IMG/VR virus record: IMGVR_UViG_2795386107_000001
Span: 8,822 to 72,821 of that record
Source of the DNA: a virus
Taxonomy: Duplodnaviria > Caudoviricetes
DNA: 64,000 nucleotides
Reading direction: 5' to 3' (one strand)
Shown piece by piece: positions 1-8,883 of the stretch (position 1 is its first letter; every line of letters begins with the position of its first letter). Both the position numbers and the translations under genes were made by a program. A model generated the notes under the pieces. The model saw nothing but the letters and a program-made list of their open reading frames with translations. It was not told the DNA's origin and made no database searches.

Positions 1-210
1 CTGCACATGGATCACGGATGGGTCTCCATCCCGCCCATTGCTGAACTCCTCGGGATGACCCCCCATCAGATCCGTCTTCCGCTCGCCGAACTGCGTGCGG
101 CAGGCATGGTCGAGCACGACCGCCGCTACGAGACTGGCGACACGGGTCGCAAGACGTGGCACACGTACGTCCGCCTCGCCGACGACACGCCCGCCGAGGC
201 CGCTGCATGA
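1..210 (+). CDS. Winged-HTH DNA-binding protein, C-terminal part (probably starts before the window)
   Basis: Frame open from base 1; IAELLGMTPHQIRLPLAELRAAGMVEH is wHTH-like; its TGA overlaps the next ATG (ATGA at 207-210). Confidence 0.6.
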   Translation: MHMDHGWVSIPPIAELLGMTPHQIRLPLAELRAAGMVEHDRRYETGDTGRKTWHTYVRLADDTPAEAAA

Positions 211-1202
211 GCCGCAATAGCGCCTCGGGCAGTGTCCGCGTAAAACGGCGGACGCCGTTCGTCATCATCGAGTCGGCGACCGCCCGCGACACACGCCTGA
301 GCTACCGCGAACTCGGGTTGCTGACCTACCTCCTGGACCAGAGCGAGGACTGGCAGGTCCGTTCGGAGCAGCTCTCCCAGGGCGAGGGACGCGAAGGCCG
401 TGACGCCGTCCGTAAGTCCCTTCACAGACTTGCGGCCTGCGGGTACTACCGCCTTGAGCGGCGTCGCTTCCGCAACGGCAAGACCGCCATGGGCACGGCC
501 ATCTCCGACCATCCCGTCGAGCAGTGGGCCACCGACTACGTGACGTTCGGCAACAAGCTCGATATCCCCGTGGTGGAACAGGAAGACGGCACCTTCTGCG
601 TGAAGTACGCGGACGGCACCCTCGGTAGCGACGGGTTCGACGTGGCCCCCGAGGACGTTGAGCCCCCAGCCGAGGAGGAGCCGGAGGAGGAACCAGCCGC
701 TGGTGAACCGGAGCCCTCGGCCGCCGCGCCAAAGGACACCTCCACGACGCAGCCCGCCAAGAAGACGTCCACCCAGAAGACCGCGGCACAGGAGAAGGCG
801 GCCACGGCCGAGGAGAAGGCCGCGCAGGAGAAGGCCGCCGACGCGGCTGCTCGCAAGGTCGCCACTTGGTGGTGGGACCACGCCGAGAAGCACCTAGGCA
901 AGTACGTCGGCCAACGTGGCGGATTCATGGCCGTCGTAGCCATGGTCCGGCGCGCGCTGGACGCGGGCTACAGCCAACAGGAATGCGCGAAGGCACTTCA
1001 GCACGCCCGAAAACACTTCCCCGCCGCACAGCAGTGGCAGGACGCCCTTGGCGTGGTCACCAACCACATCCAGCCGCAGCAGCGCAGCGGACGCATTCCG
1101 TACAGCGACTCGGCGACCTGGGGCACGACGAACGACGCCCCGAGCCAGACCCCGACTGACGACGCAGACGACGCCACCTTCGGCGTGGTCGCCCGCCTGT
1201 AA
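207..1202 (+). CDS. Phage/plasmid replication initiator (N-terminal HTH)
   Basis: FVII..ARDTRLSYRELGLLTYLL..WQV..EGRDAVRKSLHRL..GY is typical of actinophage Rep/DnaD-like proteins; acidic/Ala-Lys linker; directly upstream of a DnaC-like ATPase; start coupled by ATGA. Confidence 0.75.
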   Translation: MSRNSASGSVRVKRRTPFVIIESATARDTRLSYRELGLLTYLLDQSEDWQVRSEQLSQGEGREGRDAVRKSLHRLAACGYYRLERRRFRNGKTAMGTAISDHPVEQWATDYVTFGNKLDIPVVEQEDGTFCVKYADGTLGSDGFDVAPEDVEPPAEEEPEEEPAAGEPEPSAAAPKDTSTTQPAKKTSTQKTAAQEKAATAEEKAAQEKAADAAARKVATWWWDHAEKHLGKYVGQRGGFMAVVAMVRRALDAGYSQQECAKALQHARKHFPAAQQWQDALGVVTNHIQPQQRSGRIPYSDSATWGTTNDAPSQTPTDDADDATFGVVARL

Positions 1203-1214
1203 GGAGCGTGACCG

Positions 1215-2036
1215 ATGTCTCTCACTACGGACGCCCCGGCGATCCCTGCCCCTGCCCGCGGTCTCAACGCGCTCGGCGACCTCAGCGAGCACGTTCTCAG
1301 CGTGCTCAAGAGGGGCGGCGCGGACCTGTCCCAACTCGGTGTCCCCGCACAGCCGGAACCAGAAGACGGTCTGTGGGAGGACGTAAGCGTGCCGCAGGCC
1401 CGCGTCCGCCGCGACGTATGGAGGAACAGCATGCTGGACGCCGCGCACCACGAGTACCTGCACTTCCGGTTCGAGCACCTGGACCCGAACCAGAAGCCGA
1501 ACACGCTGCGGAACTGGCTCGGCTCCCTGGTGGAGGCGAAGAAGCGCAAGGCGCGGCCCGAGGTCCTGAACCTGATCGTGCCCGGGAACATCGGCAGCGG
1601 TAAGACGGCCGCGGTTTGCGCGCTGGGCAACGAGGCGTCCGAGCAGGGCCTGGTCGTGCGCTTCGTGAAGCACGCCACCTACCTGACGTGGCGTCGCCCG
1701 GACTCCGCCCCGCACAACCTGACCGCACATCAGGTGCGGGAGCGGTTCGTCACCTGCGACCTGCTCGTCCTCGACGAACTGTGCGGCGAGATGGACATGA
1801 CCGCCACGGAGTTCGCCCGCAAGGAGACCATCGACCTGATCGACTCCCGGCTGGCTGCCGGCCGTGCAACGGCGTTCTCGACGAATCTCCGCAGCCGTAG
1901 TCAGCCGGGCAGCCCCGGCCTCGGCGTGGTCGACATCCTCGGAGAGCGGTTGCTGTCGCGGCTCGAAGCCTCTGCCCACCTGCTGAAGATCACGGGCGCG
2001 GACCGGCGGAAGCCCCTCAAACCCCTCGACTGGTAG
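1215..2036 (+). CDS. DnaC/IstB-like AAA+ helicase loader
   Basis: Walker A GNIGSGKT, Walker B LLVLDE, STNL and RLLSRL motifs, terminal GADRR; RBS AAGGAG at 1201-1206. Confidence 0.85.
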   Translation: MSLTTDAPAIPAPARGLNALGDLSEHVLSVLKRGGADLSQLGVPAQPEPEDGLWEDVSVPQARVRRDVWRNSMLDAAHHEYLHFRFEHLDPNQKPNTLRNWLGSLVEAKKRKARPEVLNLIVPGNIGSGKTAAVCALGNEASEQGLVVRFVKHATYLTWRRPDSAPHNLTAHQVRERFVTCDLLVLDELCGEMDMTATEFARKETIDLIDSRLAAGRATAFSTNLRSRSQPGSPGLGVVDILGERLLSRLEASAHLLKITGADRRKPLKPLDW

Positions 2037-2182
2037 CCATCTCGAACTTCCCCAGCCGATAGCCGAACTGACATGGCGTGAGCAAGTCAGCGCGAGAGAT
2101 CAAAAGACGCTATATCGTTTAGTCGACCCGGAAGGCCATGAGCATAAGCCGACCGGGAAGGCCCGAACGAAGGGATGGTGTC

Positions 2183-3388
2183 TTGCCGAAGGTGTCGTTT
2201 TTCCGCGCCCGCCGGGGCAGCGAGCAGAAGCCGACAAAGCTGCTCAACGAGTCCGGGGTGCCGCCGTTTACCCGCTGGGAGCGCTTCGGTGCCAGCTTGA
2301 CCGCAGTGGGTGGGGCCGCCGTTGGAGGCCTCGGCTTCTACGCATCGTTCGACGCCGTGTCGACCGCCGCCGCATCCTGGGGCTTCACGGAGCCGTGGGT
2401 CCTTCCTACCGCCATTGACTCGGCCATCCCGGTGTTCACCGGGGCATACCTCTTCCTGATCCGTATGGGTATGCCGCTCGCCTGGGCGCGGATCGTCCCC
2501 TGGACTCTGAGCCTGATCACCTGCGCGCTGAACGTCGCGGCTGGCAGCTCATTGTGGTCCAAAGTTGCGCACGGCTCCATGTCCCTGCTCTGGGTTGCCG
2601 TCTCTGAAATCGCCGCGCACATCTACGCCGTCCGGATTGGTGCCGCCACCGGGCGTCAACTCATGGACAAGGTCAGGTGGGCTCGCTGGTTCCTCTCGCC
2701 GCTGGCTACCTTCCTGCTCTGGCGTCGTATGAAGCTGTGGGAGCTGACGTCGTACGACGACGCGCTCGACCTGGAGCAGGAGCGACTCGTCTACCAGGCG
2801 CTGCTCCGCGGCCGGTTCGGGCGGGCGTGGCGCAGGAAGGCTCCGGTCGAGTCGCTGCTGCCGCTACAACTCGTCCGCCGCGGTGTCCCGCTTGTCGAGA
2901 CGGCTGCCAGCGGTCTTCGCGCGGCAGGCATCGAGCCCACGGGCATCTTCGCTCGGCCGCCGGCCGCGCCGGTCGAGGAGGTGACGGCGCTCCCGGCCGC
3001 GGCCCCGGCCACGACACCCGCCCCAGTCCTGGCTCCGACGGTTCCGGTGGCCGCCAACAAGCCGCGCGCGGTCAGGGCCTCCGTGCCCCCGCAGTCGCCG
3101 CCGCGGAACCAGCAGCAGTGGAGCATCCCGCAGTGGAGCACTGAGGATGAGCTGTACGAGATCATCAAGGACGTCCTGGACAACGGGCACCGGGAGGCCT
3201 TCAGGGGACCGCTGACCGGCAAGGCGATCGGGCTAGTCCTCGGCAAACACGAGGGCGAGGGCCGTAAGGTCCGTGGCCGCCTCATCAAGACCTACGCCGC
3301 GACGAAGGGCATCAGCATCCCGGACAAGGCCACCATTGGCGAGATCTTCGCGCTGTTCGGCCAGGCACTGACGCCAGTCAACCCGTAA
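2183..3388 (+). CDS. DUF2637-like membrane protein (actinomycete plasmid/AICE spread-type)
   Basis: N-terminal TM helices (GFYASFDAV, PTAID, ALNVAA), then RWARWFLSPLATFLLWRRMKLWELTSY. Start taken as TTG 2183 after AAGGGA; ATG 2138 is an alternative. Confidence 0.7.
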   Translation: MPKVSFFRARRGSEQKPTKLLNESGVPPFTRWERFGASLTAVGGAAVGGLGFYASFDAVSTAAASWGFTEPWVLPTAIDSAIPVFTGAYLFLIRMGMPLAWARIVPWTLSLITCALNVAAGSSLWSKVAHGSMSLLWVAVSEIAAHIYAVRIGAATGRQLMDKVRWARWFLSPLATFLLWRRMKLWELTSYDDALDLEQERLVYQALLRGRFGRAWRRKAPVESLLPLQLVRRGVPLVETAASGLRAAGIEPTGIFARPPAAPVEEVTALPAAAPATTPAPVLAPTVPVAANKPRAVRASVPPQSPPRNQQQWSIPQWSTEDELYEIIKDVLDNGHREAFRGPLTGKAIGLVLGKHEGEGRKVRGRLIKTYAATKGISIPDKATIGEIFALFGQALTPVNP

Positions 3389-3414
3389 GGCATCCTGCCT
3401 CTACCCGTACCGAA

Positions 3415-3446
3415 GCGGCGGGCTCCCCTCCTGGGGTGCCCGCCGC
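3415..3446 (+). terminator. GC-rich stem-loop after the DUF2637-like gene
   Basis: gcggcgggc-tcccc-tcct-gggg-t-gcccgccgc inverted repeat. Confidence 0.5.
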
Positions 3447-3466
3447 CTGCATGATCGGACCCTTCC

Positions 3467-3880
3467 ATGACACCGGAGATCCTGGCCCGGATCGCCGCCG
3501 CCCGTGCTGCCCGCGACCTTTCCGACCTGGCCCGGCAGGCGGTTGGCATGACAGCCGAGACGACCGGCGTCACCGAACGAATCGCGAGCGCCCGCCGCCT
3601 GCGCCAGATGGTGAACGAGTACGTCGACCGGGTCGTCCTGGCCGAGGTACTGGCCGGCGCCGACTGGGCGGAGGTCGCTCAGGCGCTCAGCCGCCGCGAC
3701 CCGGGCACGGTGGAGGCAGAGTACGCCGACGCCGTGGCGGAGTGGAGCGCGCTCACCGAGGACGAAGCCAACGAGGCGGCCGCCGGCGTCGAGGACCTGG
3801 ACGACTGGTACGCCCGGCACCGCGAGGATCACGACCCTGACCTCGAAAAACCCGTCGCTGATCTGTTGAACAGGCATTGA
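3467..3880 (+). CDS. Hypothetical protein (helical, possible HTH)
   Basis: 137-aa ORF with high GC3 codon use; GADWAEVAQAL segment. Confidence 0.7.
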   Translation: MTPEILARIAAARAARDLSDLARQAVGMTAETTGVTERIASARRLRQMVNEYVDRVVLAEVLAGADWAEVAQALSRRDPGTVEAEYADAVAEWSALTEDEANEAAAGVEDLDDWYARHREDHDPDLEKPVADLLNRH

Positions 3881-3994
3881 GTCGGGCCTTCGTACGGGTA
3901 GACTAGTACAGCAATGAGACCAGCGAGAGCTTAGCGCTGTCGCTGACTCATCCTGCGCGGGAGAGCAACCCGCGGGCCCGAACGAAGGAACACG

Positions 3995-5692
3995 ATGCCT
4001 GGTATCACCACGCCCCAGCGCGAGCGCAGATCACGCAAGCCGACCGGTCTCCCGAACCCGCCCATGATCGTGCTGTGCGGACCCGAGAAGTGCGGCAAGA
4101 GCTACGAGGCCGCCCTCGGCACGGCATCCGACCTGGTCGGCATGACGTACTGGATCGAGGTGGGCGGGTCCGAGGGTACGGCCGACTACTACGGCCGGAT
4201 TCCCGGAGCCCGGTACGAGATCGTCGAGCATGAGGGCACCTACCAGGACATCCTCGACGCGGTTCGATGGGTCATCGCTCAGCCCCGGGTCAACGGCAAG
4301 CCCAACATGATCGTGGTGGACAACGGCACGAACATGTGGGACATGCTCAGCGACGAGCAGGCCCTGTTCGCCCGGCGGCGGGCCGTGCGCAAGGCACAGG
4401 ACAACCGGCGTCGGGCCCCTTCGCTGGACGACCCGGTCGTCGTCGACGCGGACCTGTGGAACCGGGCCAAGGACCGCTGGGGCGAGTTCTTGTGGCTGCT
4501 CCGTCGGCACTCCGGCCCCGTGGTGATCATCGCCCGTCAGGAGATCGTCACGGCGTTCGAGAACGACAAGCCCACGCGCAACACCACCCGGAAGATCAAG
4601 GCGGAGAAGAACCTCCCGGCCGCGGTCGACGCCATCGTGGAGCTTCACAGCCTGGGCGAGGCGTACCTGACTGGTGTGCGAACCCTGCACTGGGACGTCA
4701 AGCCCGGTGAGACGGTCCCGTTCCCGGACTTCTCTATCGACACCCTCTTGCGTCGGCTCGGGTTCGAGGAGGCAGCCGCCGTCCGGCAGGTCACCGAGGC
4801 CCGGCCCGAGGCGTACCTGCAGGAGCAGGACGACCAGCGCGCCCAGCAGCGGCAGCCCTCCCCGCAGCAGGCACCGGCCCGGCAGCAATCCGGGCACCCG
4901 TCGGGCCTGACGGGGGAGCGGGCCGTGGAGCTGGTCTACAAGGCCCTCAAGGACGAAAACAACCCGGAGGCGTGCCTGCACGCCATCCGTGAGGAGTGGG
5001 GCATCCGCACCCTTCGGCAGATCCGCACTCGTACGAAGCTGTGGGGCGAGATGAACGCGGACGCTCTGATCACCAAGTCTCTCGCGTACATCAAGGAGCA
5101 GGCGGAGCAGCGCAAGAACGCCGCCGGCGGAGGGAAGCCGGCCGGGCCCAGCACCCCGCCGCCCGGTCAGGGGGAGCAGGAGCAGGCGCGCGAGCACCAC
5201 GAGCCCCCGGCCCAGCCGCAGACCCCCAGCGAGCCGGGCACCGAGCAGGCGCCGCCGGACGAGAACGACGCGCCCCCGCCGCCGGACCCGCAGGCCGAGG
5301 AGCCCCCGCCCGCGGAGTCCGCGGAGGACACCAGCGCGGCCGAGGAGCCGCAGGACCTCCCGCCCCAGCGCGCCGCCAAGGCCGCCCCATCCCGGAAGAA
5401 GGACGACCCGAAGCAGATCGCGTACCAGGCTCTGCTCGACGAAGCCGAGGTTCAGGCCCGGGTGAAGTTCACTACCGTGGGTGAGCATCTGGGGCCGGTC
5501 ACCGAGGTCGGAGAACCCGGCCTCGGGCAGCTCCGGGACTACATCCAGGCCCACCGCGCCGAGGTCATCACTCTCCTGGAGGAGGCCGACGAACCCGCGC
5601 TCGCCGATCTCTACCGCAGGGCGCCGATGCCGGATCTCGGCATCAAGAAGAAGTTCGCCGACTACTTCGACCGCGCGCCCTCCCGGCAGTGA
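3995..5692 (+). CDS. AAA_24 / Sak4-like RecA-fold ATPase (putative single-strand annealing protein) with Pro/Gln-rich C-terminal extension
   Basis: Walker A GPEKCGKS, IVVDNGTNMW (Walker B-like), VIIARQ, KIKAEKNL; RBS AAGGA. Confidence 0.7.
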   Translation: MPGITTPQRERRSRKPTGLPNPPMIVLCGPEKCGKSYEAALGTASDLVGMTYWIEVGGSEGTADYYGRIPGARYEIVEHEGTYQDILDAVRWVIAQPRVNGKPNMIVVDNGTNMWDMLSDEQALFARRRAVRKAQDNRRRAPSLDDPVVVDADLWNRAKDRWGEFLWLLRRHSGPVVIIARQEIVTAFENDKPTRNTTRKIKAEKNLPAAVDAIVELHSLGEAYLTGVRTLHWDVKPGETVPFPDFSIDTLLRRLGFEEAAAVRQVTEARPEAYLQEQDDQRAQQRQPSPQQAPARQQSGHPSGLTGERAVELVYKALKDENNPEACLHAIREEWGIRTLRQIRTRTKLWGEMNADALITKSLAYIKEQAEQRKNAAGGGKPAGPSTPPPGQGEQEQAREHHEPPAQPQTPSEPGTEQAPPDENDAPPPPDPQAEEPPPAESAEDTSAAEEPQDLPPQRAAKAAPSRKKDDPKQIAYQALLDEAEVQARVKFTTVGEHLGPVTEVGEPGLGQLRDYIQAHRAEVITLLEEADEPALADLYRRAPMPDLGIKKKFADYFDRAPSRQ

Positions 5693-6426
5693 GGTGACGT
5701 GAGGTGACGCGCGCCCGGGACCGCTCGGGCGCGCCCACCGCTCTGCGTGGCCTCCCCGTGCTCGTCACCTCACCTCACCTCAAGGGGCGCGCCGCGCGGC
5801 TCGCACTCGCCTGCAGGCGCGCCCTGGGCCGGTGGCCGGCGCGCCCGTGATCGCCGCCCGAGGCGCACCCGCGCCGCGCGCCGCGCTCCCTCGACCGCGC
5901 GCCTTCCCCACGGTGGCGCGCCCCGGCCTGGCGCGCCACGGGCTGATCTTGGCGCGCCCTCAGCCGCGCGCATGCGCCCGCGCGGGCCAGGCGCGCCCCG
6001 ATCTGGCACGCGGCGCTCCCGCCTTGCCGCGCCGCGCGCCGCACCGATCTGAGACGAGCGCGCGCCGCGCCCCGTGCCCGCGCGGCATCGCGCGCCGCCG
6101 GGGGCGCGCCCCACCTTTCGGGAGGCGCGCGCCCTGTGACCTGCGAATTCGCCGACGGCGCGCCCCCTTCCCCGGTGGGTGCGCGCCTGCCCGCGCGAGT
6201 GATCAACAACGGTTGGCGCGGCGCGCGGGCTGGCTGGGCGCGGCCCTCGAGCGCGCGCCCTCGACGTGGAGCGGGGCGCGGCCGCGCGGTCAGGTTCCGC
6301 GCGCTGGTTCCCTCGAGCGCGCGGGCTCGGCGCGCTCGCGCTCGTGGTCGAGGCGCGCCCGGAGACGACGAAGGGCGCGCCGCTGGGCGCGCCCTCTTCG
6401 GTGTTCCGGCCTGTTGCCGCGCGCCT
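5693..6426. repeat. Non-coding tract with about 27 dispersed GCGCGC (often GGCGCGCC) motifs between convergent genes
   Basis: Manual count of GCGCGC between 5709 and 6392; GAGGTGACG direct repeats at 5691-5709 with an inverted copy CGTCACCTC at 5763-5771. Confidence 0.8.
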
Positions 6427-7251
6427 CTACGGCGCGCGCTTCGTCGTGGCTCGGCGGACCGCGCGCGCGTCCCGGCGCGCTTCCCGCTTCCCCTCCTGCA
6501 ACTCTGCACGCACCTGGTGCAGGAGGCTCGACAGCTCCTCGGGGTGCTTGTCGCCGAGGAGGCGAAGCGCACGCAGCCGTACGTTCGGCTCGCTCGGCAT
6601 CCGGCCGTAGCGCGCCTCGGCGTACTGGATTGCGTACCGCAGGAAGCGCTGTTCTGCAGCGGCCCGGTCGCGGAGACCACGGACACGGGCGTCGTGCGCC
6701 TTACGGCTCTCGTCGGGCGCGGCCGCCGGCAGGAACCGGCCCGGCTCCTCCGCCATCAGGCGGCAGACCTCGTCCGCCCTGGCCGCTACCCTCGGTGACC
6801 GAAAGGCGAGGGCCTGCACCCGCCGCGGCACTGGTCCCGTGACCGGCTCGTCGAGGACGAACGCCGTCCACCGCCGGGTGAACGTCTCGTCGTCGAGCGC
6901 TGCAAGGTGCTTGGCCTCCTCGTGCGCCAGGTCCTCGACGACGTCCTGATACGGACGCATGGCCGCCTGCAGGCTGGCACGGAACGGTGCGATGCGGGCC
7001 GCCTGCTGCTTCCTGCTCTCGCCCTCCTGGAGAGGCAGGAAGGTGCGGGCCCGCTTGATGGCCAGCTCCAGCGCATCAAGGGTCCGCGGTGCCATCTGGG
7101 GCGCGGCCAACGCGGCGGCCTGGACGTCGTGCGGGGCGTCGCGCTTGTCGGGGGCCCCCGTGATGTGGCGGACAACCGCGTTCATGAACTCGTCGGGCCC
7201 CATGCCCGACAGGCGCTTGATCGCCGCCTCGACCTCGTGCGCTTCGGCCAT
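6427..7251 (-). CDS. Hypothetical helical protein
   Basis: 274-aa ORF, RBS GGAGG upstream, normal codon bias. Confidence 0.75.
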   Translation of the reverse strand: MAEAHEVEAAIKRLSGMGPDEFMNAVVRHITGAPDKRDAPHDVQAAALAAPQMAPRTLDALELAIKRARTFLPLQEGESRKQQAARIAPFRASLQAAMRPYQDVVEDLAHEEAKHLAALDDETFTRRWTAFVLDEPVTGPVPRRVQALAFRSPRVAARADEVCRLMAEEPGRFLPAAAPDESRKAHDARVRGLRDRAAAEQRFLRYAIQYAEARYGRMPSEPNVRLRALRLLGDKHPEELSSLLHQVRAELQEGKREARRDARAVRRATTKRAP

Positions 7252-7581
7252 GCGGTCTGTTCCTCCGGTTCGGGTCGGGCCCGCTGCTCTCGGGCCTAAA
7301 GTGCGCGTCGTGCCTGCTGGGGCAGCAAGAGGTGGCCGTACCGAGCCTTGCGACAGCGTGTGCCGGGTTCATCGCAGGAGCAACCACTCCCCGGCCCCGA
7401 GTGCTCTGCACGCACCCGGTGGTCTCGATGCACTTGTCAGGCGCGCCCTGGGGAAGGAACACCGCGGTGTCTCTGAACCCAACGCCTGACGGCAGTCTCA
7501 ACGCTTTGTCGCGGCAGCGATACAGCCACCTCGAGTGCTGATGGTACCCGCCGGCGGAGGGCCGGACGGGCGTCGTCGCTC

Positions 7582-7902
7582 TTATTCGGCCTGCTGGGGC
7601 GTCCTCTTGGTCGTCAGGGCCTCGATCATCGGTGCGAGCTTGCTGGGCTTCCACAGAAGGTCGTAGCTGGTCTGGGAGGCGGCGAGGACGCCGAGGAGGG
7701 TGGCGGCCGTCAGCTTTCCGTGCTGGAACTGGTCCAGGCCCCCGTCGGCGCCGACGGCCGCGACACCGGCGATCAGCGCGGCCACGACCGCTACGACCTT
7801 CTTCCACTTCGCCGGCCAGGCCGGGCGCTGCACCACCGCGGTGAGAAGCGGGAGCACAGCGCCCACCTGGGCGCCGGTCGTCAGGGACTGCAGAGTGCTC
7901 AT
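7582..7902 (-). CDS. Holin
   Basis: 106 aa with 2-3 TM segments; PLLTAVVQRPAW..KKVVAVV and YDLLWKPS resemble actinophage holins; lies downstream of the tail genes. Confidence 0.75.
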   Translation of the reverse strand: MSTLQSLTTGAQVGAVLPLLTAVVQRPAWPAKWKKVVAVVAALIAGVAAVGADGGLDQFQHGKLTAATLLGVLAASQTSYDLLWKPSKLAPMIEALTTKRTPQQAE

Positions 7903-7939
7903 GGGTCCTGCCCTTCATGCTGGGTTGCGTGTCGGGCGG

Positions 7940-7975
7940 ACTGTGCGCGGCGCCGGTGCCTTGCGTCGCGTGCTC
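7940..7975 (-). promoter_or_regulatory. Bipartite promoter-like motif (holin)
   Basis: GAGCACGCGACGCAAG with CACAGT starting 22 nt after the G of GAC. Confidence 0.7.
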
Positions 7976-7977
7976 GC

Positions 7978-8388
7978 TCAGGTACCGGGCCCGTCGACCA
8001 GGTCCTCGGCGAGTTCGCGCGGCGGCGTGGGGGCGGGACGGTCGTACAGCTTGGCGACCAGGGCGCGGAGCTGGTGGATGTATTCGACCGCCGCGGCCTT
8101 CCAGCGGCGCCACTGCCGCTGTTCCTCCTCCAGGCGCTCGACGCGGTTCTCCAGCGTGGTCACCCGCTCGAGGGTCTTGGCGTTCGTCTCGCGCTGCTGC
8201 TCCAGGAGCTTGGTGAAGCCCTCGGTCACGGTCTGGACGGACGCCACGAAGGTGTTGGCCTCCTGCGTCTGCGCGTCGCTGTCGGTCTTGCGCTTGTTCC
8301 CCCGGTACACCAGCCACGCCCCGCCCAGCACACCGGTCATGCCGAAGAAGGGGGAGAGGACAGGCGCCAGAGAGGTGAGCCACTCCAC
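7978..8388 (-). CDS. Membrane-anchored coiled-coil protein (lysis cassette type)
   Basis: One N-terminal TM helix then coiled coil (LERVTTLENRVERLEEE); RBS GAGGAGG before GTG. Confidence 0.7.
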   Translation of the reverse strand: MEWLTSLAPVLSPFFGMTGVLGGAWLVYRGNKRKTDSDAQTQEANTFVASVQTVTEGFTKLLEQQRETNAKTLERVTTLENRVERLEEEQRQWRRWKAAAVEYIHQLRALVAKLYDRPAPTPPRELAEDLVDGPGT

Positions 8389-8470
8389 GGGGCGCCTCCT
8401 CGGTCATCGGTCGTCAGCTTGGGTGCGCGGGAGCCTGGGCCCGAAGGCCCGCGGCCCCCCGCAGCGCGGG

Positions 8471-8506
8471 ACCCTGCATCACGGCGAACGCTTATGTCTC
8501 CGTCAG
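8471..8506 (-). promoter_or_regulatory. Bipartite promoter-like motif
   Basis: TGACGGAGACATAAG with CAGGGT at the 22-nt offset. Confidence 0.6.
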
Positions 8507-8872
8507 CGTCGGTTGCGCGGATGTCGGGCTGACGCCGGCGACTGCGTTCCAGCCGGTGCGGATCGCTTCGAGGATCTGGTCATCCGTGATAGCGGCGGCC
8601 ATGGCTGGCGCTTCCGTCGTCCCGGTGGCGGCTGCGGCGGCGACCATCGGAGGCGAGGCGACGATGCCGACCATCATCTGCACGGTCTGTGCCGCCGTGG
8701 GGCTCAGCACGGTCTTGGCCAGGTTCCAGCGCAGCGGGTAGCCGGGTGTGTCCGGAGACTCGGCAAAGACTTCCTGCGCGATCATGGCGATGGCTAGGCG
8801 GACGCGCGGCAGTAACGTCGGCTCGTCGGCGAGACCACAGAGGGCGCTCAGCGGGAGCGGCAGGGTGGGCAA
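8492..8872 (-). CDS. Hypothetical phage protein downstream of the tail fibre
   Basis: TTG start after GAGGAGG overlapping the fibre stop; ends ITDDQILEAIRTGWNAVAG. Confidence 0.7.
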   Translation of the reverse strand: MPTLPLPLSALCGLADEPTLLPRVRLAIAMIAQEVFAESPDTPGYPLRWNLAKTVLSPTAAQTVQMMVGIVASPPMVAAAAATGTTEAPAMAAAITDDQILEAIRTGWNAVAGVSPTSAQPTLTET

Positions 8873-8883
8873 CGGGGGCCTCC

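Noticed and set aside
5693-6426. CRISPR array interpretation of the repeat tract
   Set aside because: Only a 6-8 bp motif recurs, spacing is irregular and no cas genes are present.
5747-6842. Arg/Ala/Pro-rich ORFs across the GCGCGC tract
   Set aside because: Low complexity, no RBS or codon bias, and most overlap the supported gene at 6427-7251.
7470-7520. Additional copy of the bipartite promoter motif (CCGCGACAAAG..CAGGCG)
   Set aside because: The -10 slot lacks the final T and the upstream part fits poorly; not counted.
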